63,660 nt of DNA, filler included, from Stramenopiles sp. TOSAG23-2 (GCA_900128395.1; 8 parts of 8 records of this genome joined end to end with filler, not necessarily neighbours in it), one strand, 5' to 3'; shown: positions 1 to 12,567, numbered from the whole stretch's first letter. Program-made: numbers and translations. Notes: a model not told the origin generated them from the letters alone.

Positions 1-55
1 AGTAGGAATTATCATGAGTAAATTAAAAATAAATTATGCGTAAATTAAATATTAT
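1..55 (-). repeat. Dispersed repeat family A, partial copy at contig start
   Basis: agtaggaattatcatgagtaaattaaaaataaattatgcgtaaattaaat is the reverse complement of the motif at 53262, 55159 and 58652. Confidence 0.85.
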
Positions 56-120
56 TTATTCGTTCCGGTACCACGTCGTAGTAGGAGTAAATCGTTCTTA
101 GATTGCGAGGATTAACAATG

Positions 121-200
121 TTATTCCTGAGATTGAGTATTGAGCGTAGTATTTACCACGGGAAGTAAAATTATTATATAACTTTAGAGATTTTAAAAAC
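121..200 (-). repeat. Dispersed repeat family B, partial copy
   Basis: gattgagtattgagc...cacgggaagtaaaattattatataact matches 9320-9390 and the reverse complement of 31500-31565. Confidence 0.75.
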
Positions 201-270
201 ATCAAATAATTATTACGAGTCGTACGTACATCATACTTCGTATGATACATATCATATCATTTTATAATTC

Positions 271-331
271 AATTTACGCATAATTTATTTAATTTTTTAA
301 TTTACTCCATCAAAGTGATAATTCCTACTCT
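271..331 (+). repeat. Dispersed repeat family A, short copy
   Basis: aatttacgcataatttattt...tttactc...gataattcctactct. Confidence 0.8.
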
Positions 332-418
332 CGTACTCTTCAAAAGAATATACAACAAGCTGCAATCCGTATCATTATATTTAATAAAATAATTACATTT
401 TTTCTTTCTATAACATAT

Positions 419-2719
419 TTACTGGCACGATATACTAACAACTGTGACGTCATGTTTTTGAACAGAAATAGAAAATGTAACAATATCATCTTTTGCATTA
501 TATTTACATATTTGTAGCTTCTCTTGCTTTCGCAAATCCTCACACGTAATATCATTGTTACTCTTCATATTCTTACATTTTGACATAGATGACATATTAG
601 AAATCATATTTCCTTGCCATTCTATCTCTGCATTATTTGAAATAGATATATACCGAATATCCTTCTTACTTTCAACATCGTATGCCGTACTAGAAGTCCA
701 ATATAACCCATATGCATTAAGTTTTTCTTCAATCGAAATAGGTTGAAACGGTTTTATAATACCTTTGAACAGCTCTTTACTAATCGTGGAAAGACCACCA
801 CTTCCTACCTCAAACCAAGGAATAAGACATGTATATATAGAACCTTTTCCAACATTACGTTTAACTATTATAGGATGTTTTTCTGGTATAGATTGAACAA
901 TAATTTTACTATCACTTGCAACTTTTTCCACATCAGCATAATTATACATTTCAACTCCATCATCAATTGTTGTTGTTGACACCATGTTATTATCTTTTAA
1001 AAACTGGTATGCTCTTCCTACACGAACAATACCTGATACAGACACTCCAGAGAAAGATGAAATATCATCAATTATTGCAAGACTTCCAATTGGAACAATT
1101 ACAATCCCACCATCACGTGCAAAGTCTTCAAGCATGTTTTTTGTTTCGTTATTTATATAACCATTGCCCGACAACCAGATGAGTACCTTATATTTCGTAT
1201 TGATCATATTTATTTTTTTATTTGCTCCTGTTACAAAAACATCAAATATATCTCCAAATGCTGTGTCTGCCATTGGACGGAATTCAGCTGGGTCATTGTT
1301 ATGGTTATTATTAAACCATGCTTGCGATTCATTTCTATCATGGAATTTTCCAAATGGTAAAGATGATGAGGCAGTCCAAACATCATCTTCATTTGGTGCA
1401 TATGGTTCTTGAATTGAAGATCTAGCAAATGGTGATGGTGGTGGATTTCTATTATTTTCAAAATTTCCAAAAGGAAATGCCCGAAATCCTACTATACCAT
1501 CTACTCCAGGATATATCATTCCAAAAAAACCATCGACTGCTCCACTACCAAGTTGATTGTACCACGCTATATTGGCATAATTCCATATGGTGGTGCCTTG
1601 ACCACCTCGACCCCACGATGGCCGTTCGTTCCAACCATTATCCTCTGAAAGGACTACTGCTATTGGACTATCATGAATCCCACGAGTTGCTGGCGGAACT
1701 TTTGTTTTGATAAACTTGCCAAATGAATCTATTTCATCAGAAATAGGATTTGGTTGTTTTGTGATTGTATCTATGTAACCACATCCTTCTACGGTCAATA
1801 TGGATGCTCCGGCAAAATACGTATTCCATAATATACGTCTATGATATGAAGCGGGATATGGATTAACACAACCATAAATAACACCCCACCATAAAGATAA
1901 ATCAATCCCCCAACCTTTGCTATTATTATTTTTATTTTTATTATTATTACTTTTATTATTATTATTAGAGTATTGTTCCACCGCACCTCGGAGAAATGCA
2001 ATTGATGGTGGTAATGAACCAGTATCATCGTTAGCACGTTCTACTAATATATAGTCAGCATAATCAAGCATACTATGCGCGGATGAAGTAAATCCACTTC
2101 TAGCAAATAAAGTTGCACTTTCATTAACAAATTTTTCCGTGAAATTTTTTGCTTCAGATAAATATCGATTCCATCCTTCTAATGCAGTTGATGGTTTTAA
2201 CTTTGAATGTCCATTCGAATATCCACTTTTTCTTGCTTTGGCAAATAATTCTGGTGAATATCCTGTACCACCACTATCATCTTCACAAATATATTCCCAA
2301 TTAATTTCATTCATTTTAATCCCAGCAGATGTTAATGTTTCAATTGCTTTTGTAAGATTTGGCATTGGTATTTTTCGATGTTTTTCTCTGTTTTTTTGAC
2401 GTGTTGGTGAACCTGAAGTAGTAAAATATATTGACCAATTTAAAACATCACGGACTTGTTGAATTGCTTCAATTGGTGTATCCCATTCAGAACTCACAGC
2501 AAGATAATCTTGATTCCAAGTTAAATTTGATGCCCACTTTGTATCTAAAGTATCGATCGTCGAACCACCATTAGTTGGTCCTAAACCTTCCAATACGATG
2601 TAAAAATCACGTTGATTGGATGGTGTTGCTTTGATAGCATTCGTTATACCAATACTAATAATAATAATTAAAAAAAACAGATGGAGGATATTTGTGGTGA
2701 TAACAATGGGTATATCCAT
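419..2719 (-). CDS. Secreted or signal-anchored 766-aa protein, possibly glycoside-hydrolase-like (catalytic barrel plus GH42-trimerisation/GATase-like domain)
   Basis: Long ORF with a hydrophobic N-terminus (LHLFFLIIIISIGI). The segment KVLIWLSG...LEDFARDGGIVIVP and RNVGKGSIY resembles the GH42 trimerisation-like fold. Function is inferred only. Confidence 0.5.
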   Translation of the reverse strand: MDIPIVITTNILHLFFLIIIISIGITNAIKATPSNQRDFYIVLEGLGPTNGGSTIDTLDTKWASNLTWNQDYLAVSSEWDTPIEAIQQVRDVLNWSIYFTTSGSPTRQKNREKHRKIPMPNLTKAIETLTSAGIKMNEINWEYICEDDSGGTGYSPELFAKARKSGYSNGHSKLKPSTALEGWNRYLSEAKNFTEKFVNESATLFARSGFTSSAHSMLDYADYILVERANDDTGSLPPSIAFLRGAVEQYSNNNNKSNNNKNKNNNSKGWGIDLSLWWGVIYGCVNPYPASYHRRILWNTYFAGASILTVEGCGYIDTITKQPNPISDEIDSFGKFIKTKVPPATRGIHDSPIAVVLSEDNGWNERPSWGRGGQGTTIWNYANIAWYNQLGSGAVDGFFGMIYPGVDGIVGFRAFPFGNFENNRNPPPSPFARSSIQEPYAPNEDDVWTASSSLPFGKFHDRNESQAWFNNNHNNDPAEFRPMADTAFGDIFDVFVTGANKKINMINTKYKVLIWLSGNGYINNETKNMLEDFARDGGIVIVPIGSLAIIDDISSFSGVSVSGIVRVGRAYQFLKDNNMVSTTTIDDGVEMYNYADVEKVASDSKIIVQSIPEKHPIIVKRNVGKGSIYTCLIPWFEVGSGGLSTISKELFKGIIKPFQPISIEEKLNAYGLYWTSSTAYDVESKKDIRYISISNNAEIEWQGNMISNMSSMSKCKNMKSNNDITCEDLRKQEKLQICKYNAKDDIVTFSISVQKHDVTVVSISCQ

Positions 2720-3581
2720 AGTTACAAATTGTGTATTATACCAATAAACAACAATTTTTGTCCTTTCTATACGTATTATTTTGTCTTTTCTTCCTAAAAA
2801 TATATATATTTCTTATTATTTCAGATAATCCAAAATAAAAATTGCGCATAACTGCAACAACAAAACTATATCACAGAGTTCTCTCTGAAACTATACTGTA
2901 TGTGTGTTGTGAAAATTCAGTGAGAAGTGAGATGCAAAAATGATATATTATATTTTATGATGATGAAGAAGAAGAAGAAGAAGTGATGTGGTGAGTATGA
3001 GCAGCACAGCATTACAGTAGCATTAGCATAAGAGCACGTGATGTGTGCCTGTGTGCTGATGATGAAAAAAATAATAATGGGAATTTTAATAATAATAATA
3101 TCCCTTATTGTAATATTTTCAGCATCCTTCGTACTATAATATATTAATATACTAACGGGTACAATTAATAGACTGCATTTCGGAGGGAATTTAGGGCCAG
3201 AAAAATCTATCTATAAAAATATTGTTCTTCTTTGCAACCTTTCGGTAAATTTTCACCACAATGATGGGTTGACAGTGCTATTTACCTTCTAAATAAACAC
3301 TTCCTTGACGACATTCGTACCTTGCTAACCACAATAATACAGTATGTTGTGTACAGCAACACGAGAAATATGTAGATGACATAGATATTATATGTCGAAT
3401 GAGATCAACTTAAAAGTAGATATATTGATCCATGCCCTTCGTCCAATTCATACGGGTTTAACAAGAGAAGAAATTCATAAAACGAATTACATATTTTTTT
3501 ATCATTATCTTCCAACATTTATTTCATTTTCCAATAAAATCAATATATCATTATTCTCATCATTAAATGCAAAAATAAAAT

Positions 3582-5024
3582 ATGGGTGCTTATCTTTCAG
3601 AGCCTGTTACCATTAAACACGTGGAAATACCTTGTGAGAATAATGATGGGAATATGACATATGCATGCTGTTCATTACAAGGATGGAGGCGCCACCAAGA
3701 AGATGCGCATATTAGACCGCAAAAATTAAACAATTCAGTGCAAATATTAGGAGTTTATGATGGGCATGGTGGTGCAGACGTAGCTAGATTTGTAGAAAAC
3801 AACTTAACTAAAGTGCTAATTGAAGATGCTCATTTCAAAAAAAAAGATTATGCAAAAGCATTACAAAATGCTTATTTAAAGATAGATGAAATGATATTGA
3901 CAAAAGCAGGTCAAAAGGAATTGAAATTAATGGATCAAAAAGCGAATCTTGATGAAGAAGCAGATTCAGAATTGATGAAAGAACTTGGAAAATCGTATGA
4001 ACAAAAAGAAGGGGATGATTCAGCAATTATAATTAAAGGAGAGAAAACAATTGTTTATACTGAGATTGATAACGATGGTAATAAGTGCAATAATAGTAGT
4101 AATAGTAATAGCGGTGGTAGCAGCATCATCAGCAGCAATGGTAGTAGTAATTCCACTCATAAAAAGAAAACTGGTGATAACAGTAATACTAATGGTGTTC
4201 TTACTAAAGAAGCATTAGAAAAAAAACTAGAAGAAAAAATACGTATATTACTGGAATCATCAAAAAATTTGCCAGCGGCGGAGGCGAAGAAGAAAAATAA
4301 TACTAAAAGTAGTAACAAAGGTGCAACAGCAAAAAACAATAGTACTAATGAGGATGATGATAATGAAGCAGTGGACATTGAAAGTGTTGATTTTGGTTTA
4401 CATTCCGGTTGCACTGCAACAACATGTTTAATAATTGATAATAAAACAATAATATGTGGAAATTCTGGCGATTCTCGATGTGTTTTAAGTCGCAATAAAG
4501 TTGCTTTTCCACTTTCAAACGATCATAACCCAGATGTACAATCAGAGGTAGATCGAATTGAAAAAGCTGGTGGTACTGTAAGTGAAGATGGGCGTGTAGA
4601 AGGTAATTTAAATTTGTCTAGAGCACTTGGTGATTTGATGTATAAACAAAATAATGATTTGGGCCCAGAAGAGCAAATGATTACTGGATTTCCTGAAGTT
4701 ATGTACACCGATATACAACCAAAGGATGATTATTTAGTTATTGGTTGCGATGGTATCTTTAATGTTTTAACGAATCAAGAAGTCATTGATTTTGTACATG
4801 CTGGTCTTGCATTGAATCAAACACTTGGCGAAATAGCTGCTAATATGTGTGATCGATGCATGACAACAGATGCGAATGGTGATGGGACAGGTTGTGATAA
4901 TGAAACTGTAATAATTTTGAAATTAAATAATGACGGTGGGAGTAGTAGTAGTAGTACAAGCTTGAAAAAACGCCCAAGTGACCATGGTGATGAGAAGAAA
5001 CCAAAACGAAATCGTAATAATTAA
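3582..5024 (+). CDS. Protein phosphatase 2C (PPM1G-like)
   Basis: MGAYLSEP N-terminus, QGWR..QEDAH, GVYDGHGG, NSGDSRCVL, GNLNLSRALGD, GCDGIF, GCDN motifs, central low-complexity insert. Confidence 0.95.
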   Translation: MGAYLSEPVTIKHVEIPCENNDGNMTYACCSLQGWRRHQEDAHIRPQKLNNSVQILGVYDGHGGADVARFVENNLTKVLIEDAHFKKKDYAKALQNAYLKIDEMILTKAGQKELKLMDQKANLDEEADSELMKELGKSYEQKEGDDSAIIIKGEKTIVYTEIDNDGNKCNNSSNSNSGGSSIISSNGSSNSTHKKKTGDNSNTNGVLTKEALEKKLEEKIRILLESSKNLPAAEAKKKNNTKSSNKGATAKNNSTNEDDDNEAVDIESVDFGLHSGCTATTCLIIDNKTIICGNSGDSRCVLSRNKVAFPLSNDHNPDVQSEVDRIEKAGGTVSEDGRVEGNLNLSRALGDLMYKQNNDLGPEEQMITGFPEVMYTDIQPKDDYLVIGCDGIFNVLTNQEVIDFVHAGLALNQTLGEIAANMCDRCMTTDANGDGTGCDNETVIILKLNNDGGSSSSSTSLKKRPSDHGDEKKPKRNRNN

Positions 5025-5704
5025 AAAAAAAATTCAATAAAAAAAAATAAAAATTTTAATTCTCGATTTACGACATTTTTCTTATTTATACTTCGTACGA
5101 CTTCGTACTTTATACTATATATTACGTATCACATTTTATGCGCACATACTCGTATATATTAATATATATGTACATGATTGTAACTTAGATTTTAACCATC
5201 AATATGTACATGATGAATCATATTTTTTGAAATGAATATTTTTTTTCGTACTTCGTACTTCCCACAACAAGATTTAATGATGTACAAAAAATATCATAAA
5301 GTGTTCACAGAAGATTAAAATATGATATGCATATGTACATATATATATCATATCATATGCATATCATATCATATCTGTATATATAACTCTAATACGACTA
5401 AAATAAAGTACCGCGTATCTTAATTTTTATTTCTACTCGTGTGATAAATTCCTACTCTCAAAAGGAATTAACCACTCATCCAAGGCCATATAATTATATT
5501 AAAATATCTACACTTCGTATCTCTCACAATATGAAATTTAAAAAAATACATTTTTAATGAAATGTAAAAAATGTGTGTCTGCTGTTTCAAATTTATAAAA
5601 AAAAAAGAAGACATTTTGTAAATTCTATTCCTGCTCAACTTTCATACTACAAACACACTCGATTTTAGTTTACGAACTAGAGTACGCGCTTCTCTTTACC
5701 ATTT

Positions 5705-7033
5705 TTAATGTTTACTTTCAAGACCTAATTTAATATCTGCTAATTCAACACAATTTGCATATAAATCTGGTATGACCTCCCTTTTCCTAATCATATCCAC
5801 TGTTGTTTCATCTGTTCTTAATAATAATTCTGGTGCTCTTAATTTTCCATTGTATTGAAATCCCATCGAATGTGAATGAGCTCCTGTATCATGAATTACA
5901 AATAAATCACCAACTGTCGCATCTGCCGGTAAATCACGATCTTTTGCAAACCAATCGTTGTTTTCACATAATGTACCAACAACATTTGCATTTTTGCGAC
6001 TATTATTATTACCTTCATGTTTTGGCACGGTAATATGATGGTATGAACCGTACATACCTGGACGCATCAAATTAGCCATACATGAATCCAATCCGTAATA
6101 AACTTGATATGAATCTTTCATTGCTTGGCATCTTGATACTAAATAACCAAATGGGCCGGTCATATAACGGCCATTTTCCATATGAAGGATTGGTTCAGGC
6201 ATATTATGTTCAACAATTTTTTTATCAAAAACTTCACGCATTGATTTGACTAATTGTGGTATATCAACACTAGCAATTTCAGGTTTATATGGAATTCCAA
6301 TGCCACCACCAACATTAATATATTCAAATTCAATATTTAATTCTGCACGCAACATTGCCACTGTATCTAACATTTTAGTTACAGTCTCGATCCAATATGC
6401 ATTAGACAAGACACAGGAGCCTGTCATCATATGAATGCCAAATTTCTTTGCGCCATATTTCTTCGCTTTCGTATATGCTTCTTTGATTTGATAATGTGCT
6501 ACGCCAAATTTAGCATCTGGTCCACCTAATACATTCGATTTGGTTTCCGAATCAGTACGTCCAATGCCAGGATTTAAACGAAACGATATTAATTCTGGAA
6601 AAGGTTTATTGTTATCCTTTGCAACTTGGTTCAGCGTATCAACTAAAGATACATCATCCAAGTTAATTGTTGCATTTGTTTTCAATGCAAATAATAAATC
6701 TTCCTTTGATGTGAAATTAGAAGTATAGCATACTAAATGTCCTGGGCAATTTAATTTATCAGCTATATATAGTTCTGAAGTGGAGGAACAATCAAGTCCA
6801 CAACCTTCATCCATTAAAATTTGCAATATGGTAGGATTTGGCAATGCTTTTACAGCAAAATGTTGTTGAAATTTTGGAAATGCCTTCCTAAAATTATCTA
6901 TTAAATTCCTTGCATTTCTACGAATGGCACCTTCATCATATAATTGATATGGTGTACCATATTTCGTTGCTAATTGTTCCAATTGTGTAATAGCTATTGG
7001 TATTGTTTTTTCCCCTGCACGTAAAGAAGTCAT
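5705..7033 (-). CDS. lysA: Diaminopimelate decarboxylase
   Basis: YGTPYQLYDE, FAVKALPN (PLP lysine), RLNPG, AKFG, INVGGGIGIPY, ENGRYMTG, MRPGMYGSYHHI, GTLCENND, DTGAH..MGFQYNGKLRAPE. Confidence 0.93.
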   Translation of the reverse strand: MTSLRAGEKTIPIAITQLEQLATKYGTPYQLYDEGAIRRNARNLIDNFRKAFPKFQQHFAVKALPNPTILQILMDEGCGLDCSSTSELYIADKLNCPGHLVCYTSNFTSKEDLLFALKTNATINLDDVSLVDTLNQVAKDNNKPFPELISFRLNPGIGRTDSETKSNVLGGPDAKFGVAHYQIKEAYTKAKKYGAKKFGIHMMTGSCVLSNAYWIETVTKMLDTVAMLRAELNIEFEYINVGGGIGIPYKPEIASVDIPQLVKSMREVFDKKIVEHNMPEPILHMENGRYMTGPFGYLVSRCQAMKDSYQVYYGLDSCMANLMRPGMYGSYHHITVPKHEGNNNSRKNANVVGTLCENNDWFAKDRDLPADATVGDLFVIHDTGAHSHSMGFQYNGKLRAPELLLRTDETTVDMIRKREVIPDLYANCVELADIKLGLESKH

Positions 7034-7966
7034 GATGAGTTATTACTATATTTTATATATTAAAAAAAAATTAGATATGTATATTGAATAAATGTTGTTC
7101 AATTAGATATATATATATGTATTGTATCCAATGTATATGTAGAAATATTTTCCTTCTCACTATATATGTTGTACAAATATCATAAGTTCATTATACGTAT
7201 AATATATCTATATGTTTCCTACGCACAACAACTATTTGTTTTTATATTTAATTAATTTTTAGTCTAGTATAATTTTTAAAAAAAAAAAAAATGTTAAATG
7301 CACAAAAATCATCATTATTATTTTCAGCAGCATTTTTGTGCACGTGCCATTCGCACATTCCAGGCCAGCAGGCCCACAGCAGTACTCTAAACTCTCTACC
7401 AGGTACAGTAGCCATGCAGGCTTTTCTCTGGCTTTCCAGCTTTCCAGGCTTTCCATCAGCTTTCCAGGCTTCTGGTTTCCATGATGTGGCGGCTTTTTTT
7501 TTAAAATGCTATTTTGATGAAATTATTAGATCTGAACTATTATACGATTCGTATAGATATAGCAGCTATTACTGTAAGTATTATCATATTTATATCATTT
7601 TACATAATAACACTTAATATTATAGATATTAGTATATAATTATAATAATATACTTGGTATTATTAAGTAATTATAGCATATAATTGGAGTTTTACACCCC
7701 TCTATATATATACTATATACATATACATATAGGAAAAGTTGAAAACTGATAACAGTATACACAGCAGTATTAGTATGAGGATGAGTGCAGTACCTGTATA
7801 ATTAATAATAATAGAAGACTAAGACATGTTGCAACTGTTGTAAAATGAATGAATGACTGGAAAATTGAAATATCAACACGTACAAAAAGTATAAATATAT
7901 ATATAGATATATGTTGAAGAGAGATAAAATAGTCACAGAGACAAATATAGTCATCGAAGAAAAAAC

Positions 7967-8950
7967 ATGGCAGAATCGAATCAACAATGGCAGCAAGGTC
8001 AAGGACCGCCGCCGCAACAACAACAGCAAGGGCAAGTGCCACCACCGCAACAACAACAAGGGCAAGCGCCACCACAACAAGGTAATGCAAACCCAAATGC
8101 TTTATACCCTTTAATATTAGAACTGATAAACCCGAAACAACGTGAAAGTGCTTTGATGGAATTGTCGAAACGTCGTGAGCAATTTCCTGATTTAGCACCT
8201 ATTTTATGGCATTCATTTGGAACAATAGCAGCAATTTTACAAGAAATAGTATCTATATATCCTTTCTTATCGCCTGCAACACTTACAGGGCATGATAGTA
8301 ATAGAGTGTGTAATGCATTAGCATTATTACAATGCATAGCTTCACACGCTGATACACGTTCACTTTTTTTAAGTTCGCATTTACCATTATATTTATATCC
8401 CTTTTTAAACACTGTACACAAGTCTAGACCTTTTGAATATTTAAGACTCACTAGCCTTGGAGTCATAGGCGCGTTAGTCAAAATTAACGAAAGTGAGGTA
8501 ATTAATTTTTTATTGCAAACAGAGATAATACCATTATGTTTACGTATTATGGAAACTGGAAACGAACTATCTAAAACTGTAGCTACTTTTATCGTGCAAA
8601 AAATTTTGTTAGATGAATTAGGTTTACAATATATTTGTCAAACTCCTGAACGTTTTTATCGTGTTAGCACTGTTTTGGGCAATATGGTTGCAGTATTAAG
8701 AGAGAATCCATCGTTGCGTTTGTTGAAACATATTATTCGATGTTATTCCCGTTTAGCACAAAATTTAAGAGCAAGAGAAGCATTACGACAAGTATTACCA
8801 AATCAATTACAAGATGGTACATTTAATGATTTATTAAAATCTGATCAAAGTGCGACGGTATTTTTACGTGATTTAAAAGCAACACTATTTGAACAACAAA
8901 ATCAAGCACCCCCATCTGAAAATCAAAATACGCAATCATTAGTGATGTAA
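7967..8950 (+). CDS. CNOT9: CCR4-NOT subunit 9 (Rcd1/Caf40)
   Basis: [82 protein letters not shown]. Confidence 0.97.
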   Translation: MAESNQQWQQGQGPPPQQQQQGQVPPPQQQQGQAPPQQGNANPNALYPLILELINPKQRESALMELSKRREQFPDLAPILWHSFGTIAAILQEIVSIYPFLSPATLTGHDSNRVCNALALLQCIASHADTRSLFLSSHLPLYLYPFLNTVHKSRPFEYLRLTSLGVIGALVKINESEVINFLLQTEIIPLCLRIMETGNELSKTVATFIVQKILLDELGLQYICQTPERFYRVSTVLGNMVAVLRENPSLRLLKHIIRCYSRLAQNLRAREALRQVLPNQLQDGTFNDLLKSDQSATVFLRDLKATLFEQQNQAPPSENQNTQSLVM

Positions 8951-9276
8951 GAAGCTTGATGGTATATATATATTATGTATCATATATATATATATATAGT
9001 GCATTACGAAAATACGTCAAAAACTGTAATATATATATCATAGTAAGATGTTATAATAATACAACACGATGTATCATTATATATTAAATATCATAAAATG
9101 ATTCAATGTAAATGTACACACCACGCATATCATACGTAGATTTTTTTTACTCTCTTGAAGAAAAGATTCGTATTTTTACATGTGTGGAAATAAAACAAAA
9201 ATTAATATTAATTTTTTTATTTTATTAGCTTGTAATATTATATTAATAAATAATGAAAAAGAAAAAATTATATCTC

Positions 9277-9450
9277 TAGAGCTTTGTACACTATAGTATA
9301 GGGATAGAGTCTTATTCTTGCGATTGAGTATTGAGCATATATGATATGCATATTATGGTCATACTTAGCACGGGAAGTAAAATTATTAAATATTATATTT
9401 TAAATAATTTAAACTTTTTTAAAATACGGCTTCGTAGATTTTTTAACCAC
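9277..9450 (-). repeat. Dispersed repeat family B copy
   Basis: tagagcttt...cttattcttgcgattgagtattgagcata...cacgggaagtaaaattatt...gattttttaacc, reverse complement of the 31490-31590 sequence. Confidence 0.8.
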
Positions 9451-9564
9451 CTTTATATCATATCTCTAATATATAAAATGATGTACACACACCACACACA
9501 TACATTTATGCATACACTCTGACGAAAAAGTAATCATTACACGCGCGCCCTGTGTTTCCCATCC

Positions 9565-11625
9565 TCACATATTAGCATCATTAACATCGAAAACTGTCTG
9601 CTGCTGTTGTATATTTTCACCCGATGATGTGTCTTCTTGTTGATATTGTTGTGATACTTCATTTGTTTTCTCTTCCTCTTCTAATGTTAGTCTAGTATTT
9701 AACGACCCTGCATTTATAGAAGAGGAAGTATGACTATTGTCATCATCATCATCCTCGTCATCATTATTAAACGTTGTGATGCTATTATCATCACTAGCTA
9801 CATTGCTATTGCTAATGGTAGAGACCTCATCGTCATCGTTGTTTGTTGGTTCATTTTTGACAGGTTTTTTAGCCACTTTGACGTTCACCCGCATTCCTTC
9901 CTTTGCAATTAGTAAAAGTTCACCATTTTCCGTTGTTTTCGTTGCAGATGCATCTATTTTCAACACTTCAGTAATTTGGGATCTACATATTGGACATATT
10001 TTTTTTCCAACTTTCCGTGCAAGTACTAATCCACATCGAAAACACATACCACCATGCCCACAATTCATTATGACGCCATTTGCACAATTATCAGCACATA
10101 TGAAACATAATGGCAATTCCTCTTTTGTTTCCTCTTTTCCTGTCTCTCCTTCTTCCAATACATCTCCCTCTTTTTCTCCCATAGTTACAGTTTTATTTTG
10201 AACGTTTTCGTTCTCATCTTGTTTCTTGTCGTTATTACTATCATCATCATCAGTAGGAAGTAATGGTTTTTTCAAATTTTCAACGGGTGTTATTGGGTGT
10301 ACAGAGGCGCTTGTTACCTTACCAAAACCTTTGATCAAATCATCCTTCTCGTTAACACGCTGAAACAAGGTAGAAGATGATCGTAACAAAAAGACAGGCG
10401 TGGAAATTGCCGAAAAGAGACCCTCCGTATTGTCACCATAACTGATTCTTGATCCAGCAACATTTGGATCTGTGATTTCTGGTGTAAGATTTTGCATGTC
10501 AATTTCTTCTTCTCGACTTAACCTGTGTAAGACATATCGTGCGATTGGGCTGAAAATCATCAAATTCGCAAACATGATAATTAATGGCACCATATAATCG
10601 ACATGTTTAATCGAACCGATCCCATCTAATCGCTGCGTGACATTTAATAAAAATACGAAAAACAAAATGCCAGTTGTACCAATACCGTAAATAAAGACGA
10701 AAATCATACCGACTAAACGTACCCTTTCCCGCCTTGGATGGTACATACGAGCAGTTTCCCCAAACATCATATTGCACGCATAGATTGGTAATACGATAAA
10801 TGCAACGATACCTAATACTAGACATAAAAACCATAAAGGGAAAAAGTTCATTGTCCATGAATTATGATTTTGGCCATCAACTTTGGTACAAATAATTAAC
10901 GGCATCATGATACTAACAGCAATATACATAATCGTATCGTAACATTTTTTAAGTACTTTATGGCGAACATGTGGTGCAACATTTTCATCTAATGGAGTGA
11001 AAAATTTTACAAATGCGCCAATACCAATTGCTGTCCAGGTGGGCAGAAATGCCCACGTTAATGTACATACAAGATCACCACTAAGCATTGCAGCAATAAA
11101 ATATTTTGTTCCAATACTACCCAAATCAGTAACTTGGTGAAGTATTGATGAGCCAACTCCATGTAAGTCAACGTCTAACTGATTATCACGATACGTTCGG
11201 TAATATTGTTTTAATTTTACGGCATGGAAAAACATTTTCAACAAATTTGATATCCACAATGGTATCATAATTCCATACCACGATGTATATGTAAAGGTTT
11301 TGTATCCATTAGGAGTCCCACTATCTAACTGCAAAAGTAACTCTATGGCAAAAATTAATAAACATAACATACGCAAGGGTATGATAACATGTGCCAAACG
11401 GGTCTCTAACTTTTTATCGTCTTGTACAGCCCTTTCTTGATTTCTTCTTTGCTCTAATCTCCGCCTTTCTTCTGGCGACAAATTTTGCAATCCCATAGGT
11501 AATGAAGGATCAATAATGTTGTTGCTGTTGTTGTTATTTGTATTCGTTGTCGTCTCTGAAACATTATTATTATTGTTACTATTATTATTTATATTAATTA
11601 TCGTCGAATCAGCAACTCTTGCCAT
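9565..11625 (-). CDS. Multi-pass membrane protein (TMEM185/fragile-X-F-like repeats) with C-terminal C3HC4 RING finger, probable E3 ligase
   Basis: Repeated SW...PLW TM motifs; CFICADNCANGVIMNCGHGGMCFRC...CPICR. The ATG at 11625 (MARVADS) is preferred to the upstream TTG. Confidence 0.8.
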   Translation of the reverse strand: MARVADSTIININNNSNNNNNVSETTTNTNNNNSNNIIDPSLPMGLQNLSPEERRRLEQRRNQERAVQDDKKLETRLAHVIIPLRMLCLLIFAIELLLQLDSGTPNGYKTFTYTSWYGIMIPLWISNLLKMFFHAVKLKQYYRTYRDNQLDVDLHGVGSSILHQVTDLGSIGTKYFIAAMLSGDLVCTLTWAFLPTWTAIGIGAFVKFFTPLDENVAPHVRHKVLKKCYDTIMYIAVSIMMPLIICTKVDGQNHNSWTMNFFPLWFLCLVLGIVAFIVLPIYACNMMFGETARMYHPRRERVRLVGMIFVFIYGIGTTGILFFVFLLNVTQRLDGIGSIKHVDYMVPLIIMFANLMIFSPIARYVLHRLSREEEIDMQNLTPEITDPNVAGSRISYGDNTEGLFSAISTPVFLLRSSSTLFQRVNEKDDLIKGFGKVTSASVHPITPVENLKKPLLPTDDDDSNNDKKQDENENVQNKTVTMGEKEGDVLEEGETGKEETKEELPLCFICADNCANGVIMNCGHGGMCFRCGLVLARKVGKKICPICRSQITEVLKIDASATKTTENGELLLIAKEGMRVNVKVAKKPVKNEPTNNDDDEVSTISNSNVASDDNSITTFNNDDEDDDDDNSHTSSSINAGSLNTRLTLEEEEKTNEVSQQYQQEDTSSGENIQQQQTVFDVNDANM

Positions 11626-11951
11626 TTTTCTATACAATATGTGTGTGTGTGTGTATGTACTGTTCGGCAATGTTCTATTCAATCTTTTTATTTGAACAAG
11701 GACAAGGTAAATTAGGTGAATGGTACAGATAATTTTTTGATCTATTCACTACTGTATATATATTTATATCCAACAGGTGTGGTGTATTTCACATCATATA
11801 TAATTTTTAGTAACATATATATTTTGCTATTATTATTTGCTACATGCAACGTGCCAACACATCATGCCATCATATCACAAAGGCTGGAAGAAAGAGAGAA
11901 AACATAGGTCTAATAGGGGTGTAAAACGAATTTATATTGAAATGCCATCCC

Positions 11952-12063
11952 TTAGCCCGTAATAGCATTATAAAAGATAAAAGTACATATTGATACAGTA
12001 ATACTTATACTTGGTAGATTACAAACCAAAATTTAATGTACATTCGTGGGCTATTACGGCCTA
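11952..12063. repeat. Short imperfect inverted repeat (14-bp arms)
   Basis: tagcccgtaatagc ... gctattacggccta (1 mismatch). Confidence 0.5.
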
Positions 12064-12187
12064 AATGACGTGATGCTATTCACCTTCTATATTTTAAGGA
12101 ATCGTGGACAAATACTGAGGGCCATATCAAACATTGGGAATATATATTATCTATTACACTATATTTAGTAAATCATGAGAAAGAAAA

Positions 12188-12567
12188 ATGGCACAAAATA
12201 ACAATAATCTTCATATGGCCATCCATTATCAGGAAGCAATCGCAAATCAAATTGGATTGCGAGCGCAATATATTAATATTCTACGTCAAGAATATTCCAT
12301 GCTCAACGGAGGGAATATACCACCATTAAATTTCTATGTGCAAATAACAGAAGCGCAAATAAAAAGAGCAAAGGGCATGTATGAAAATACGCTAAAATCG
12401 CTGGTAAAAATGACAATTTTGAAAACAGTACATTAATGTGCCTTTGGGCTGACAATACCTCCGATTATGAAAATCCATTGGATTGCGACCGTGTAGCAAT
12501 TCCTGGTTGTGAAAATTTGCTTCATTTAACAAGGGATGAATTTAATGGTGATGTTGAAGAAGTGTAA
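12188..12567 (+). pseudogene. Frameshifted orphan ORF
   Basis: The 82-aa ORF overlaps a second open frame (AKIAGKNDNFENSTLMCLWADN...EFNGDVEEV*) ending at 12567. Confidence 0.45.

Noticed and set aside
5705-7033. lysA and tsf as bacterial contamination
   Set aside because: Both share host composition, lysA is on a contig with eukaryotic genes, stramenopiles use the DAP pathway, and mitochondrial EF-Ts is nucleus-encoded
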